From positions 737-64,736 of the forward strand of contig JBEKRL010000003.1 of NCBI GenBank assembly GCA_049518775.1: a DNA stretch of 64,000 nucleotides, read 5' to 3'. Below, in pieces: positions 55,519 to 64,000 of the stretch. The DNA comes from Candidatus Dormibacteria bacterium. Lineage in GTDB: Bacteria > Chloroflexota > Dormibacteria > Aeolococcales > Bog-877. The notes beneath the pieces were generated by a model. The model was not told the DNA's origin. It ran no database searches and saw only the letters and a program-made list of their open reading frames with translations. Each line of letters opens with the position of its first letter. Position 1 is the stretch's first letter. The translations under genes were made by a program, and so were the position numbers.

Positions 55519-57129
55519 TCAGTCCCCGGACCGCCGCAGGTCCGTGTGATCCTGGGCTGCCGTGAGAACCTTCGCCGCCACGTCCGACCGGACCCAGAGC
55601 TCCCCGTTGGCGGAGGCCTGGACCTCGGTGTAGCCGCGCCGCAGGAGCGCCAGGATCGGGCCGTACTGGGTGTAGGAGTCGCTGGTCACGAGCACCACCA
55701 CCGGGCGCGCGCTGCTCACCCTCTGGAGGAGCGTCTTGGGGCCAAGCAGGATCCAGTTCATGTAGATGGTCGGCTCAGGCAGGACCGGCTGGAGCTTTCC
55801 CAGCAGGTAGGCCCAGGCATCCGGCGACCAGACCACCGCAGTCGCACCGGTCAGTCGGTTCTGGCCCAGCCAGGCCACCGCTTCGTGCTCCTCCAGGGGA
55901 CGAGTGTCGTAGACCTGGACGTACGAGGTTTCGCTGACCTGGCCGGTCAGCCGTCCCACGAAGGCGGGGTAGTACTGCAGGGTCAGCTTGCCGGTGAACA
56001 GGCTGCCACCGCTCACGCCAGAAGCGAACAGCGACACCCACAGACAGCTGGCGACCAGCACCGACCCCAGCAAAGCGGCTCCCGCCAGCCTGGCTCGGCC
56101 GAGCCAATTTCGCCAGTCGGGCTTGCCCATCCGGGCCATCAGGATCGCGCCCGCCGGCACCGCCGGCAGCAGAAAGTGCGCATAGGCGCGGTTGGGGATC
56201 ACATAGCCGAGCAGCAGGGTGGCCAGCCAGAGCCAGGGCAGCAGTCGCTCAGTGGGCCAGCGCCAGGCCAGGAGGACCCCGACCAGCAACAGGATCCCGG
56301 CCAGGAGCCGGATCGACACCGACCAGAAGGAAGGGTGGAAGGCGTAACCGGTATAGGTCGAGTACCCGGTCACCAGGAAGGAGAGCACGTTGTGGAGGCC
56401 GGCGGCCGCGATGAATGGGGCCATCACCCCCGCCACCACCACCGCGGCGGTGGCCGCCGTCACCAGCCCCAAGCCCCAGCCTCTGCGGCCGGCGAGGACG
56501 AGCAGCAGCACCGCCACCCCCAAGTCCGCCACCACCGTCTGCTGGATCAGGCAGCCGCAACCAAAGAGCAGCCCCGAGGCGGCCGCCAGCATCAGGGCCG
56601 TTGCCCGCCGCTCGGTCCGCAGGGCCGCCGTCATCGCCACCATCCCCCACACCGTGAAGGCGATGAGGAGATTCTCGGGAAGTGCCAGGTCGCCGCCGAG
56701 GAGCGGGGCGGAGATCAGGAAAGCCGTGACCAGAGTCGCGATCCAGACCCGCCGGGGGCTGAGGCACCGCGCCGCCAGCCGCCAGGTCCCCACCAGGGCC
56801 GCCACCTCGGTCAACGTTGAGAGCAGGTGGAGGCCGAGCTCGCGGGGCCCGAAGATCCCCAGGACCAGCTGGTAGAGCCAGAAGAGCAGGGGTGGCTTGT
56901 TGTTCCAGGTGGTGAGGTAGAGGACCTTGCCGTGGGCCATCAGCCAGGCCGTGGTGGCATAGCCCGCCTCGTCGGTGTACCAGTGGGGCTCGAAGAGCGT
57001 CGGCAGCCGCAGCACCAGCAGCAGCACCAAGGGAACGGTCAGGCTGCGCCAAGCCGCCCAGCCTCTCCTGCCGTCCTGCGGACCGCCGGCGGGTCCCCCC
57101 GCCCGGTCCGAGCCGCCAGTCCGCACCAC
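55519..57129 (-). CDS. GT-C fold glycosyltransferase (ArnT/PMT, family 39-like)
   Basis: More than 10 TM segments, with a first-loop DE motif (HWYTDEAGYATTAW). Start set at GTG 57129, because the first 344 codons of the track ORF are antisense to the epimerase gene. Confidence 0.75.
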   Translation of the reverse strand: MVRTGGSDRAGGPAGGPQDGRRGWAAWRSLTVPLVLLLVLRLPTLFEPHWYTDEAGYATTAWLMAHGKVLYLTTWNNKPPLLFWLYQLVLGIFGPRELGLHLLSTLTEVAALVGTWRLAARCLSPRRVWIATLVTAFLISAPLLGGDLALPENLLIAFTVWGMVAMTAALRTERRATALMLAAASGLLFGCGCLIQQTVVADLGVAVLLLVLAGRRGWGLGLVTAATAAVVVAGVMAPFIAAAGLHNVLSFLVTGYSTYTGYAFHPSFWSVSIRLLAGILLLVGVLLAWRWPTERLLPWLWLATLLLGYVIPNRAYAHFLLPAVPAGAILMARMGKPDWRNWLGRARLAGAALLGSVLVASCLWVSLFASGVSGGSLFTGKLTLQYYPAFVGRLTGQVSETSYVQVYDTRPLEEHEAVAWLGQNRLTGATAVVWSPDAWAYLLGKLQPVLPEPTIYMNWILLGPKTLLQRVSSARPVVVLVTSDSYTQYGPILALLRRGYTEVQASANGELWVRSDVAAKVLTAAQDHTDLRRSGD

Positions 57130-57279
57130 CTGCAAGCCGGTGTGACCCCCAGTGGCGGTCCGGCCCCAGACGAGCCGGATCCAGAATGCCCATGATCCGA
57201 TGCGCCGGCGACCAGCCTGACCCCTCAACCTGAGAAAGCTCTGGGGATGGTCGTACCGACACGCCCCCCTATCCGCGCT

Positions 57280-57285
57280 TAGTAT
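57280..57285 (+). promoter_or_regulatory. -10-like TAGTAT, 9 nt before ATG 57295 (leaderless or near-leaderless candidate)
   Basis: TAGTAT-ggccccacg-ATG, with no SD. Confidence 0.35.
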
Positions 57286-57294
57286 GGCCCCACG

Positions 57295-58236
57295 ATGGCC
57301 GTGAGATCGATCCCCCAGCGCGTCGTGGTCACCGGCGGGGCCGGTTTCATCGGCACTCACACCGTGCGGCAGCTGCTGGATCGGGGGATCGAGCTGCTGG
57401 TGATCGACGACTTCCGCCACGCCTGCGGCGAGCCCATCCCGGGCGGCGTGGAACTGATCCGGGAGGAGATCGCCAGCCCGGCCGCGCGGGACGCGCTGCT
57501 GCGCTTTCGGCCTGAAGCGATCATCCATCTCGCCGCCCAGGGGGGGGTGAGCAGGTCCCTGCGCGACCCCGCTGCAGACGCCACGGTGAACGTGGTCGGG
57601 ACGGTCGCCCTGCTGCGGGCAGCACTCGACTCCGGTTGCCCCCGAATGGTCTTCGCGTCCTCTGGGGGTGCCATCTATGGCCGAGCCAGGCGGCTCCCCA
57701 GCGCCGAGGGCGACCGGCCCGCGCCGCTCTCCCCCTACGGGGCGGCCAAGCTCGCCTGCGAGGGATACCTGGGAATGTTCTCCCGGACCTTCGGCCTCCA
57801 CGTCCTGGCACTTCGCTACGGCAACGTCTATGGGCCCTTCCAGGACGGCACCGGCGAGGCCGGGGTGGTCGCGATCTCCTCCACCAGATTGCGGGATGGC
57901 CTGGCGCCCCAGGTCACCGGGGACGGCGGCCAGACTCGCGACTTCACCTACGTGGGCGACGTGGCCGCGGCCAACCTCCGCGCTCTCCTCACCGAGTTCC
58001 AGGGAACCCTCAACATAGGCACCGGCCGGCCCAGCTCGGTTACGGACATCGTGGCGACCCTGTCCCGGCTGGCCGGGTTCCAGGGCGCGGCCGAGCGCCT
58101 GCCCGCCCGCCCAGGTGAGGTGCGCTCCAACTTCCTTGAACCGGCCCGGGCCCGCCGCCACCTTTCGTGGTCAGCCCGAGTCGGCCTCCAAGAGGGGCTG
58201 GCCGCCACCTACGCCAGCTTCGCCGGCTCCGCCTAG
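57295..58236 (+). CDS. NAD-dependent epimerase/dehydratase (UDP-glucose 4-epimerase-like)
   Basis: VTGGAGFIGTH Rossmann motif and SPYGAAKLA (YxxxK). Confidence 0.85.
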   Translation: MAVRSIPQRVVVTGGAGFIGTHTVRQLLDRGIELLVIDDFRHACGEPIPGGVELIREEIASPAARDALLRFRPEAIIHLAAQGGVSRSLRDPAADATVNVVGTVALLRAALDSGCPRMVFASSGGAIYGRARRLPSAEGDRPAPLSPYGAAKLACEGYLGMFSRTFGLHVLALRYGNVYGPFQDGTGEAGVVAISSTRLRDGLAPQVTGDGGQTRDFTYVGDVAAANLRALLTEFQGTLNIGTGRPSSVTDIVATLSRLAGFQGAAERLPARPGEVRSNFLEPARARRHLSWSARVGLQEGLAATYASFAGSA

Positions 58237-59003
58237 CTCCGTTGCTGCTGGCGCGGGGCCGGAGGCCTCCAGCCCCGCGCCAGGGCCAAGCGCAGCCGGA
58301 AGACTTCCCGTACCGCTCTGAGGATCGGAACCAGCCTTCCTCCAGCGCGGACCCCGGCAATCCGGGGGTGGTGGACGATCCCCACCTGGCGAATACGGAA
58401 GCCCGATCGCCGGGCCTTGAAGTACAGCTCAGTGTTCAATAGCGCGGAACGCGCCAGGATCGGGCTGGCCGCCTCCAGCACGCTTCGTCGGATCAGCTTA
58501 AAACCGCAGTCGACGTCCCGGTAGTGGATCCCGTAGAGGATGCGGACCAGTACATTGAAGGTCCCGCTGACCACCGAGCGGTGCCACGGGTCGGCGCGGT
58601 GGATCCGCCAGCCTGCGATCAGGTCGCCTTCGTCGGCCAGCTCCGCCAGAAGGCGTAGATCCAGCGGATCGAACTGGCCATCGCCATCCACGAAGGCGAC
58701 CCAGTCTCCGGCCGCCGCCCGCAGCCCGTCGGCCACGGTGATCCCGTAACCGGACTGGCGCAGGTGAGAGACCACCCGGAGCTGGTCCCCCTGCTCCCCC
58801 ATCTGCTCTTTGGCCACCGTCACCGTGGAGTCGGTGCTGCCATCGTCGACCAGAACGACCTCGAAGCTCGCGGTGAGCTGGGCCAGAGCGGTCCGGACCG
58901 CGGGGATCACCCGGGCCATGTTCTCCGACTCGTTGTGGACCGGGATGACCAGGCTGACCAACCCCTCCAGGCGGATTCCCGGCTTCCCGGACCTGTCAGC
59001 CAC
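58233..59003 (-). CDS. family 2 glycosyltransferase (polyprenyl-phosphate sugar synthase-like)
   Basis: VIPVHNESENM, VLVDDGSTDST, FVDGDGQFD (DxD). The start overlaps the nuoN stop by 8 nt. The stop shares a CTAG with the convergent epimerase stop. Confidence 0.85.
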   Translation of the reverse strand: MADRSGKPGIRLEGLVSLVIPVHNESENMARVIPAVRTALAQLTASFEVVLVDDGSTDSTVTVAKEQMGEQGDQLRVVSHLRQSGYGITVADGLRAAAGDWVAFVDGDGQFDPLDLRLLAELADEGDLIAGWRIHRADPWHRSVVSGTFNVLVRILYGIHYRDVDCGFKLIRRSVLEAASPILARSALLNTELYFKARRSGFRIRQVGIVHHPRIAGVRAGGRLVPILRAVREVFRLRLALARGWRPPAPRQQQRS

Positions 59004-60567
59004 GGACCACGCTGATGCCCTGGAGCAGGGTATAGATCACCGCCGGGAGAATGCCCAGGATCAGGGTCCCGGCACCGGCAAGCGCCACCACGGCCCGGCC
59101 CGAGAGCCAGGCGGCGCCGCTCGGGGCTGCCTCCGCGGTCTCCCCCCGCAGCGGGAGCCCGGCCACCGCCAGGACCAATCCGGTCGCCGGCGCCGGCGTG
59201 TACATCACCAGGATCACTCGCAGGTAGTAGAAGAGCGACACCGCCGAGGTGAGAATCCCCCAGACCGCGAGCGAGAGTTGGCTGTCGTGGATGGCGGCCG
59301 AAAAGAGGAAGAACTTGCCGAAGAAGCCCACGGTGAGAGGGAACCCGGCCAGAGAGAGCATGAAGACGGACATCAGCGCCGCCAGCAGCGGTTGCCGCTG
59401 ACCCAGCCCGGCCAGCTCCGAGTAGCGGTCGCAGTCTTCGTGGCGGTGGCTCAGGAGGGTGAGGACGGCGAAGGCGCCAGTGTTCATGAAGGCATAGCCG
59501 GCGAGGTAGTAGAGCGAGGCCTCCGTACCATCGGGACGCCCCACCGCCACCCCGATCAGCACATAGCCGGCCTGGGCGATGCCGGAGTAGGCCAAAAGCC
59601 GCTTCACCGAGCTCTGGCTCAGCGCCACGACGTTGCCGTAGACCATGGAGATGATCGCCACCAGGGCGATGGGAATCTCCCACTCCGCCCGGTAGGGGGC
59701 GAAGGTGGCCGAGAAGAGCCGGAGGAAGACCGTGAATGCCGCCACCTTGGTGGCTACCGACATGAACGTGGTCACCAGCACCGGCGAGCCCTGGTACACG
59801 TCAGGAGTCCACCAGTGGAAGGGGGCCGCCGAGACCTTGAAGAGCAGCCCCACCGCCAGCAGCGCCATCCCGGCCAGCACCATGGGATCGAACTTCCCCG
59901 CCAGCGCCGTCCGGGTGAGCTCCTGGTGGATACCGACCAGCATGGTGCTCCCGGTCTCCCCGTAGATGAGCGCCATCCCATAGATGAGGAAGCCCGAGGC
60001 GAACCCGCCCAGGAGCAGGTACTTCATCGCCGCCTCCTGGGACAGCCGCTCCGTCCGAGCGAACCCGGCCAGGACGTAGAGCGGGATCGAGAGCAGCTCT
60101 ATCCCCAGGAACACCACGATCAGGTTGGTGGCACCGTCCAGAACCAGCATCCCGGTCACCGAGGTCAGGAGGAGGATGTAGTACTCCCCTGACTCCAGCC
60201 CCCGCCGGCGCAGATAGCCCGGGCTGAGGGCCACCACCGCCAGGGCGGTGCCCAGCACCACGAAGTCGGAGAACAGCGAGAACCGGTCATCGGTGAACGC
60301 CCCATCGAAGATGAGGGGGTGAACCGGGTTCGCCACCCAGAGACCGATCGCGCTGGCCAGGGCCGCCAGCAGGAACATGCCGGCGGTCCAGGCCAGCACC
60401 GGGGATCTCCGCCGCGGCACCACCAGATCAGCGCAGAGAACCACCACCGAGCCACCACCGGCGATCAGCAGGGGCAGGACCCCGATCAGGTCCGCGGCGG
60501 GGACGAAGTGCAGCGGATACCAGCCAGGATTGCCGGCTGCCAGCAGCGCCGGTACGAGCATCCTCAC
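58996..60567 (-). CDS. nuoN: NADH-quinone oxidoreductase subunit N
   Basis: 14-TM antiporter-like subunit in the last position after nuoM. 4-nt overlap with nuoM. Confidence 0.9.
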   Translation of the reverse strand: MRMLVPALLAAGNPGWYPLHFVPAADLIGVLPLLIAGGGSVVVLCADLVVPRRRSPVLAWTAGMFLLAALASAIGLWVANPVHPLIFDGAFTDDRFSLFSDFVVLGTALAVVALSPGYLRRRGLESGEYYILLLTSVTGMLVLDGATNLIVVFLGIELLSIPLYVLAGFARTERLSQEAAMKYLLLGGFASGFLIYGMALIYGETGSTMLVGIHQELTRTALAGKFDPMVLAGMALLAVGLLFKVSAAPFHWWTPDVYQGSPVLVTTFMSVATKVAAFTVFLRLFSATFAPYRAEWEIPIALVAIISMVYGNVVALSQSSVKRLLAYSGIAQAGYVLIGVAVGRPDGTEASLYYLAGYAFMNTGAFAVLTLLSHRHEDCDRYSELAGLGQRQPLLAALMSVFMLSLAGFPLTVGFFGKFFLFSAAIHDSQLSLAVWGILTSAVSLFYYLRVILVMYTPAPATGLVLAVAGLPLRGETAEAAPSGAAWLSGRAVVALAGAGTLILGILPAVIYTLLQGISVVRG

Positions 60568-62357
60568 CTGCCCACCCCCCCGGTCGGAGCCATGGGGACT
60601 GCGCCGGCGGGCGGGAGCCGGTAGAGGTCGAGTGCGGCCGCCGCCGGCGAGGCGTCAGAGGCGGCCACGTATTGGTCGGCGCTGAACCGGGTGTAGCGGA
60701 TGACGGGACCGGGATAGACCCCGATCAGCACCATCAGAGCCAGCAGCGGCGCCAGCACCACCAGCTCCAGCGCCCTCACGTCGAGCCCGCCCCGGCCCTG
60801 GCCGATCGCCGCCGCGTGGCCCTCCTCCTCGCCCTCAGGAACCCGGAGCCGCCCCTGGGTAATCCCCTGGTAGAGCCGCAGCATGTACCAGCAGGCGAGG
60901 ACCATCCCCAGGCTCGCGACCACCGCCCAGGCCGGAGACACCTGGAACGCCCCCAAGAGGGTGAGGAACTCTCCCACGAAGGAGTTGAGCAGGGGCATGC
61001 CCAGCCCGGCCAGGGCCACCACCAGGAAGATCCCGGCCATGATCGGCATCGGCTTGGCCAGCCCTCCCAACTGCCTCAGGTCACGGGTGGCGAAGCGAGC
61101 CTCGTAGATCCCGACGCAGAGGAAGAGGGCCGCAATGACAATGCCGTGGTTGACCATCTGGATGATCGCCCCGTTGAGCCCGTCGACGTTGAGCGCGAAG
61201 ATCCCCAGAACGATGAAGCCGAGGTGGCTGATCGAGGCGTAGGCGACGATCCGTTTGATGTCCCGCTGGGCCAGCGCCCCCAGGGCACCGTAGAGGATGC
61301 TGACCACCGCCAGTCCCATCATCAGGGGCTGGAAGGTGTGGCTGGCCTGGGGAAAGAGGGTGAGGTTGTAGCGGATGAAGCCGAAGGCCCCCAGCTTGCT
61401 GACGATCCCCGCGAAGAAGACCAGGAACGAGGTGCTGCCGGAGCTGTAGGCGTCGGGAAGCCAAGAGTGGAAGGGCACCAGGGGCACCTTGATGGCAAAG
61501 GCCAGCGCGAATGCCAGGAACAGCCACTCCTGCGGGTTCAGCAGGGTGAAGCTGTGGCCGAAGAGGGTGATCAGGGTACCCGAGGTGGTGCTGACGAAGG
61601 CCTGCTCGGCGATCAGGGTGGGGACGTCGAAGGTGTACACCCCGGTCTGGGCACCGGTGATGAAGTACACGCCGATGATCGCCAGCAGCATGAACAAGCT
61701 GCCCGCGACGGTGTAGATGACGAACTTCAGTGCCGCCCGGCCGCGGTGCTCGTCGCCCCAGCCAAACATGAGGAAGTAGAGCGGGATCAGCGCCGCTTCC
61801 CAGAAGAAGTAGAAGAGGATCAGGTCCAGCGACATCAGGACGCCCAGGACCCCCACCTCCGAGAGCAGCATGAGGACGGCGAAGCCCCGCAGGCGCTCCT
61901 GCTTCCGGCTCAGCGCCAGGGCGGCCAGGAAGAAGAGCAGGCCGGTCAGCGCGATCAGCCAGACCGAGAGGCCGTCCACCCCCAGGTGGAAGGAGAAGTT
62001 GACCGGCGGCGGGCCGGCCTGGTTGACGGCGTTGTTGCCCTCGTTGAAGGCGGGATGCGAGGCCGACAGGGACTTGGCGGTCTGCAGCCAGCCGACCTGC
62101 TCTTGAAACTGGAAGCTGATCGGTCCCTCCACCCTGCTCAGGGCATAGCCGTTGGCGGTTCCGTGGAGACGGGCCGCGGAACGCGATGGCGTCGCCATGA
62201 ACGCCACCAGCAATACGCAGGTGAGCCCCAGGGTGGCGGCGGTGGCGGCGATCAGAGCCAGCCGGGCAGCGTGCGGTCGCTGCCGAGGCAGCGCCAGCAC
62301 CGCCAGCGCTCCCGCGGCCGGGACGACCAGGATCACCGCCAGAATGGGCCAGCTCAT
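60564..62357 (-). CDS. nuoM: NADH-quinone oxidoreductase subunit M
   Basis: FHLGVDGLS, WLPDAY, and the antiporter-like TM core. At 597 aa it carries extra loop and tail sequence. Confidence 0.9.
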   Translation of the reverse strand: MSWPILAVILVVPAAGALAVLALPRQRPHAARLALIAATAATLGLTCVLLVAFMATPSRSAARLHGTANGYALSRVEGPISFQFQEQVGWLQTAKSLSASHPAFNEGNNAVNQAGPPPVNFSFHLGVDGLSVWLIALTGLLFFLAALALSRKQERLRGFAVLMLLSEVGVLGVLMSLDLILFYFFWEAALIPLYFLMFGWGDEHRGRAALKFVIYTVAGSLFMLLAIIGVYFITGAQTGVYTFDVPTLIAEQAFVSTTSGTLITLFGHSFTLLNPQEWLFLAFALAFAIKVPLVPFHSWLPDAYSSGSTSFLVFFAGIVSKLGAFGFIRYNLTLFPQASHTFQPLMMGLAVVSILYGALGALAQRDIKRIVAYASISHLGFIVLGIFALNVDGLNGAIIQMVNHGIVIAALFLCVGIYEARFATRDLRQLGGLAKPMPIMAGIFLVVALAGLGMPLLNSFVGEFLTLLGAFQVSPAWAVVASLGMVLACWYMLRLYQGITQGRLRVPEGEEEGHAAAIGQGRGGLDVRALELVVLAPLLALMVLIGVYPGPVIRYTRFSADQYVAASDASPAAAALDLYRLPPAGAVPMAPTGGVGR

Positions 62358-64000
62358 GCGAGTCGGAACCCGAGCACGATCAGACCCAACACGGCGCAGA
62401 TGAAGAACACCAGGGCGTACTCGCGCAGAAATCCCGTCTGCAGGCTGCGCAGGTCGTCGGCCAGGCCGCTGACCCCGGATCTGACCCCGTCGATGACCCC
62501 GTCGAAGACCCTGGGCTCGGTCACGTCGCGGACCCTGGCCGCCAGAGCCAGACCCGGCCGGGCCAGGGCCGCCCCGTAGATCTCGTCCCAGTAGAACTTC
62601 TGCAGGGACAGCTGATAGAGCCAGGGCAGCCGGCGGCTGACCAGCTCAGGCGAGATCACCTTTCGGCCGTACACCGCCCACGCCACCCCCAGCCCGCCAA
62701 GGCTGAGGACCGTCCCCGCCAGCAGGGCCAGGGCCTGGATGCCGTCGCCGGCCTGCGCCGCCGGCACCCCCACCACCGGACGGAGGAAGTCGCTGAACAG
62801 GGTGAGGGGGTGGAAGCCGAAGAAGTCGATGTTGAGGAAGCCCACCACCGAGGCCAGCCCGGCCAGCACCACCACCGGGACCAGCATGACCGCAGGCGCC
62901 TCGTGGGCACTGGCGGCCCTGGGGGTCGCTGGCTGGCCTCGGAAAGCGATCCAGACGACCCGGAAGATGTAGAAGCTGGTCAGCACGTTGACGCAGACTC
63001 CGATCACCCAGAGCCAGGGCACCGCCGGCCCCAGCGCCAGTCCCGCGCTCAGCAGCTCCTCCTTGCTGAACCACCCGGCAAACAGCGGGATCCCCGCCAG
63101 TGCCAGAGATCCGACCACGAAGGTGATGAAGGTCACCCGCATCCGGGCCGAGAGCCCCCCCATCTCCCGGATGTCCTGGTCGTCGTGGAGGGCATGGATG
63201 ACGTTCCCCGCCGCCAGGAAGAGCAGGGCCTTGAAGCAGGCGTGGGTGAAGAACTGGAACATGCCGGCGGAGTAGGCCCCCACCCCCACCGCGAAGATCA
63301 TGAGCCCGATCTGGCTCATAGTGGAATAGGCGATCACCCGCTTGATGTCGAACTGGGTGCACCCGATCACCGCTGCCATCACCGCGGTGCCCATCCCCAC
63401 CGCGGCGACCACTCCCCCAGCCACCGGTGCCTGCTGGTAGATGGGGTGGAAACGAGCGATGAGGTACACCCCGGCGGTGACCATGGTGGCCGCGTGGATC
63501 AGCGCCGAGACCGGGGTCGGCCCCTCCATGGCGTCGGGGAGCCAGGTGTGGAGTGGCCACTGGGCCGACTTGGCGGCCGCCCCCACGAAGAGGAGGATGC
63601 CGATCACCGTGACCAGGCCGCCACCCATCGGTCCCAGGCCATCGTGGAGATGGGGACCGGGACCCACGTTCGCAAAGATGGTCTGCAGGTCGACGGTGTG
63701 GAGCAGCTGGCCGTCGCCCCCCCGCAGGTTGAGGAAAATCAGGAAGGTGCCCAGCACCAGCCCCACGTCGCCGATCACCTGGGTGATGAACGCCTTCCGC
63801 CCGGCCGCGACCGCCGATGGGCGCTGATACCAGAAGGCGATCAGGACATAGGAGGCGAAGGCCACCATCGCCCACCCGATGATGAGGAACACCAGGCTGT
63901 CACTCATCACCAGAACCAGCATGCTGGTGATGAAGAGGTTCATGTAGGCGAAGAACCGGTTGTAGCCCGGGTCCTCGGCCATGTAACCGACGCTGTACAC
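62354..64000 (-). CDS. nuoL: NADH-quinone oxidoreductase subunit L (5' end outside the window)
   Basis: WLPDAMEGPTPVSALIHAATMVTAGVYL, the hallmark of NuoL/ND5. The ORF runs off the window edge. Confidence 0.9.
   Translation of the reverse strand: MYSVGYMAEDPGYNRFFAYMNLFITSMLVLVMSDSLVFLIIGWAMVAFASYVLIAFWYQRPSAVAAGRKAFITQVIGDVGLVLGTFLIFLNLRGGDGQLLHTVDLQTIFANVGPGPHLHDGLGPMGGGLVTVIGILLFVGAAAKSAQWPLHTWLPDAMEGPTPVSALIHAATMVTAGVYLIARFHPIYQQAPVAGGVVAAVGMGTAVMAAVIGCTQFDIKRVIAYSTMSQIGLMIFAVGVGAYSAGMFQFFTHACFKALLFLAAGNVIHALHDDQDIREMGGLSARMRVTFITFVVGSLALAGIPLFAGWFSKEELLSAGLALGPAVPWLWVIGVCVNVLTSFYIFRVVWIAFRGQPATPRAASAHEAPAVMLVPVVVLAGLASVVGFLNIDFFGFHPLTLFSDFLRPVVGVPAAQAGDGIQALALLAGTVLSLGGLGVAWAVYGRKVISPELVSRRLPWLYQLSLQKFYWDEIYGAALARPGLALAARVRDVTEPRVFDGVIDGVRSGVSGLADDLRSLQTGFLREYALVFFICAVLGLIVLGFRLA

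Noticed and set aside
57130-58161. N-terminal 344 codons of the 880-aa track ORF for the GT-C transferase
   Set aside because: They are antisense to the epimerase gene, which has clear Rossmann and YxxxK motifs. The membrane protein homology begins only after about 57100.
60672-62579. 635-aa plus-strand ORF
   Set aside because: It is antisense to nuoM/nuoL and rich in Gln, Asp, Glu, Arg and Gly, with no motif.
1-64000. Search for CRISPR arrays, IS elements or other interspersed repeats
   Set aside because: No regularly spaced direct repeats, terminal inverted repeats or transposase motifs were seen. The only repeats found are the two short intragenic tandem repeats and the 11-mer promoter element listed above. 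The visual scan is not exhaustive.

Overview
GC-rich (roughly two-thirds G+C by eye, not computed) chromosomal core DNA from a Terrabacteria-type organism. I see nothing mobile or defence-related: no CRISPR array, IS element, transposase, prophage block or toxin-antitoxin pair. I call about 55 protein genes, 5 tRNAs (Pro-GGG, His-GTG, Ser-CGA, Ser-GGA, Arg-TCT) and 2 decayed genes.

Main blocks:
- 1-10.4 kb: small housekeeping genes, namely pyrF, a Xer-type recombinase, serC, an aspartate aminotransferase, a Ser/Thr dehydratase and an alkyltransferase-like protein.
- 12.1-17.3 kb: a GlgE-pathway operon, glgE-treS-pep2.
- 17.4-20.1 kb: an SOS node with a YneA/ChiZ-like LysM gene, a glycerophosphodiesterase and lexA.
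- 20.1-44.4 kb: an uninterrupted minus-strand array, hflX-miaA-mutL-mutS-miaB-spoVS-MFS-HD-GYP-rny-recA-cinA-yajQ-ftsK-dac-rnj-udg-pnp-rpsO, with many 1-20 nt start/stop overlaps.
- 44.6-51.4 kb: a tRNA-rich stretch of small genes (tadA, hydrolase, DUF5709-like, PRC barrel, DUF3090-like, FKBP, plsC, histidine phosphatase).
- 51.4-55.1 kb: an Sdh1-like succinate dehydrogenase locus.
- 55.5-59.0 kb: a GT-C / epimerase / GT2 glycosylation triad.
- 59.0-64.0 kb: nuoN-nuoM-nuoL, with nuoL cut by the window edge.

I found no convincing novel multi-gene system. The points most worth a second look are:
1. A readable LexA regulon: three GAAC-N4-GTTC boxes, one sitting in the spacer of a near-consensus promoter of a leaderless YneA/ChiZ-like gene.
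2. A single ORF that fuses the SdhA flavoprotein to the SdhB Fe-S subunit.
3. An in-frame, internally deleted malate dehydrogenase remnant that is still translationally coupled to the sdh operon.
4. Two ORF-poor stretches (about 1.15 kb and about 0.74 kb) in an otherwise tightly packed region, the first carrying an AT-rich nested palindrome.
5. Recurrent TANNNT hexamers 6-9 nt upstream of start codons, suggesting leaderless mRNAs.

Many long ORFs in the supplied track are antisense or out-of-frame shadows typical of high-GC DNA, and I rejected them. All family assignments rest on motifs I recognise by eye; no database search was run.
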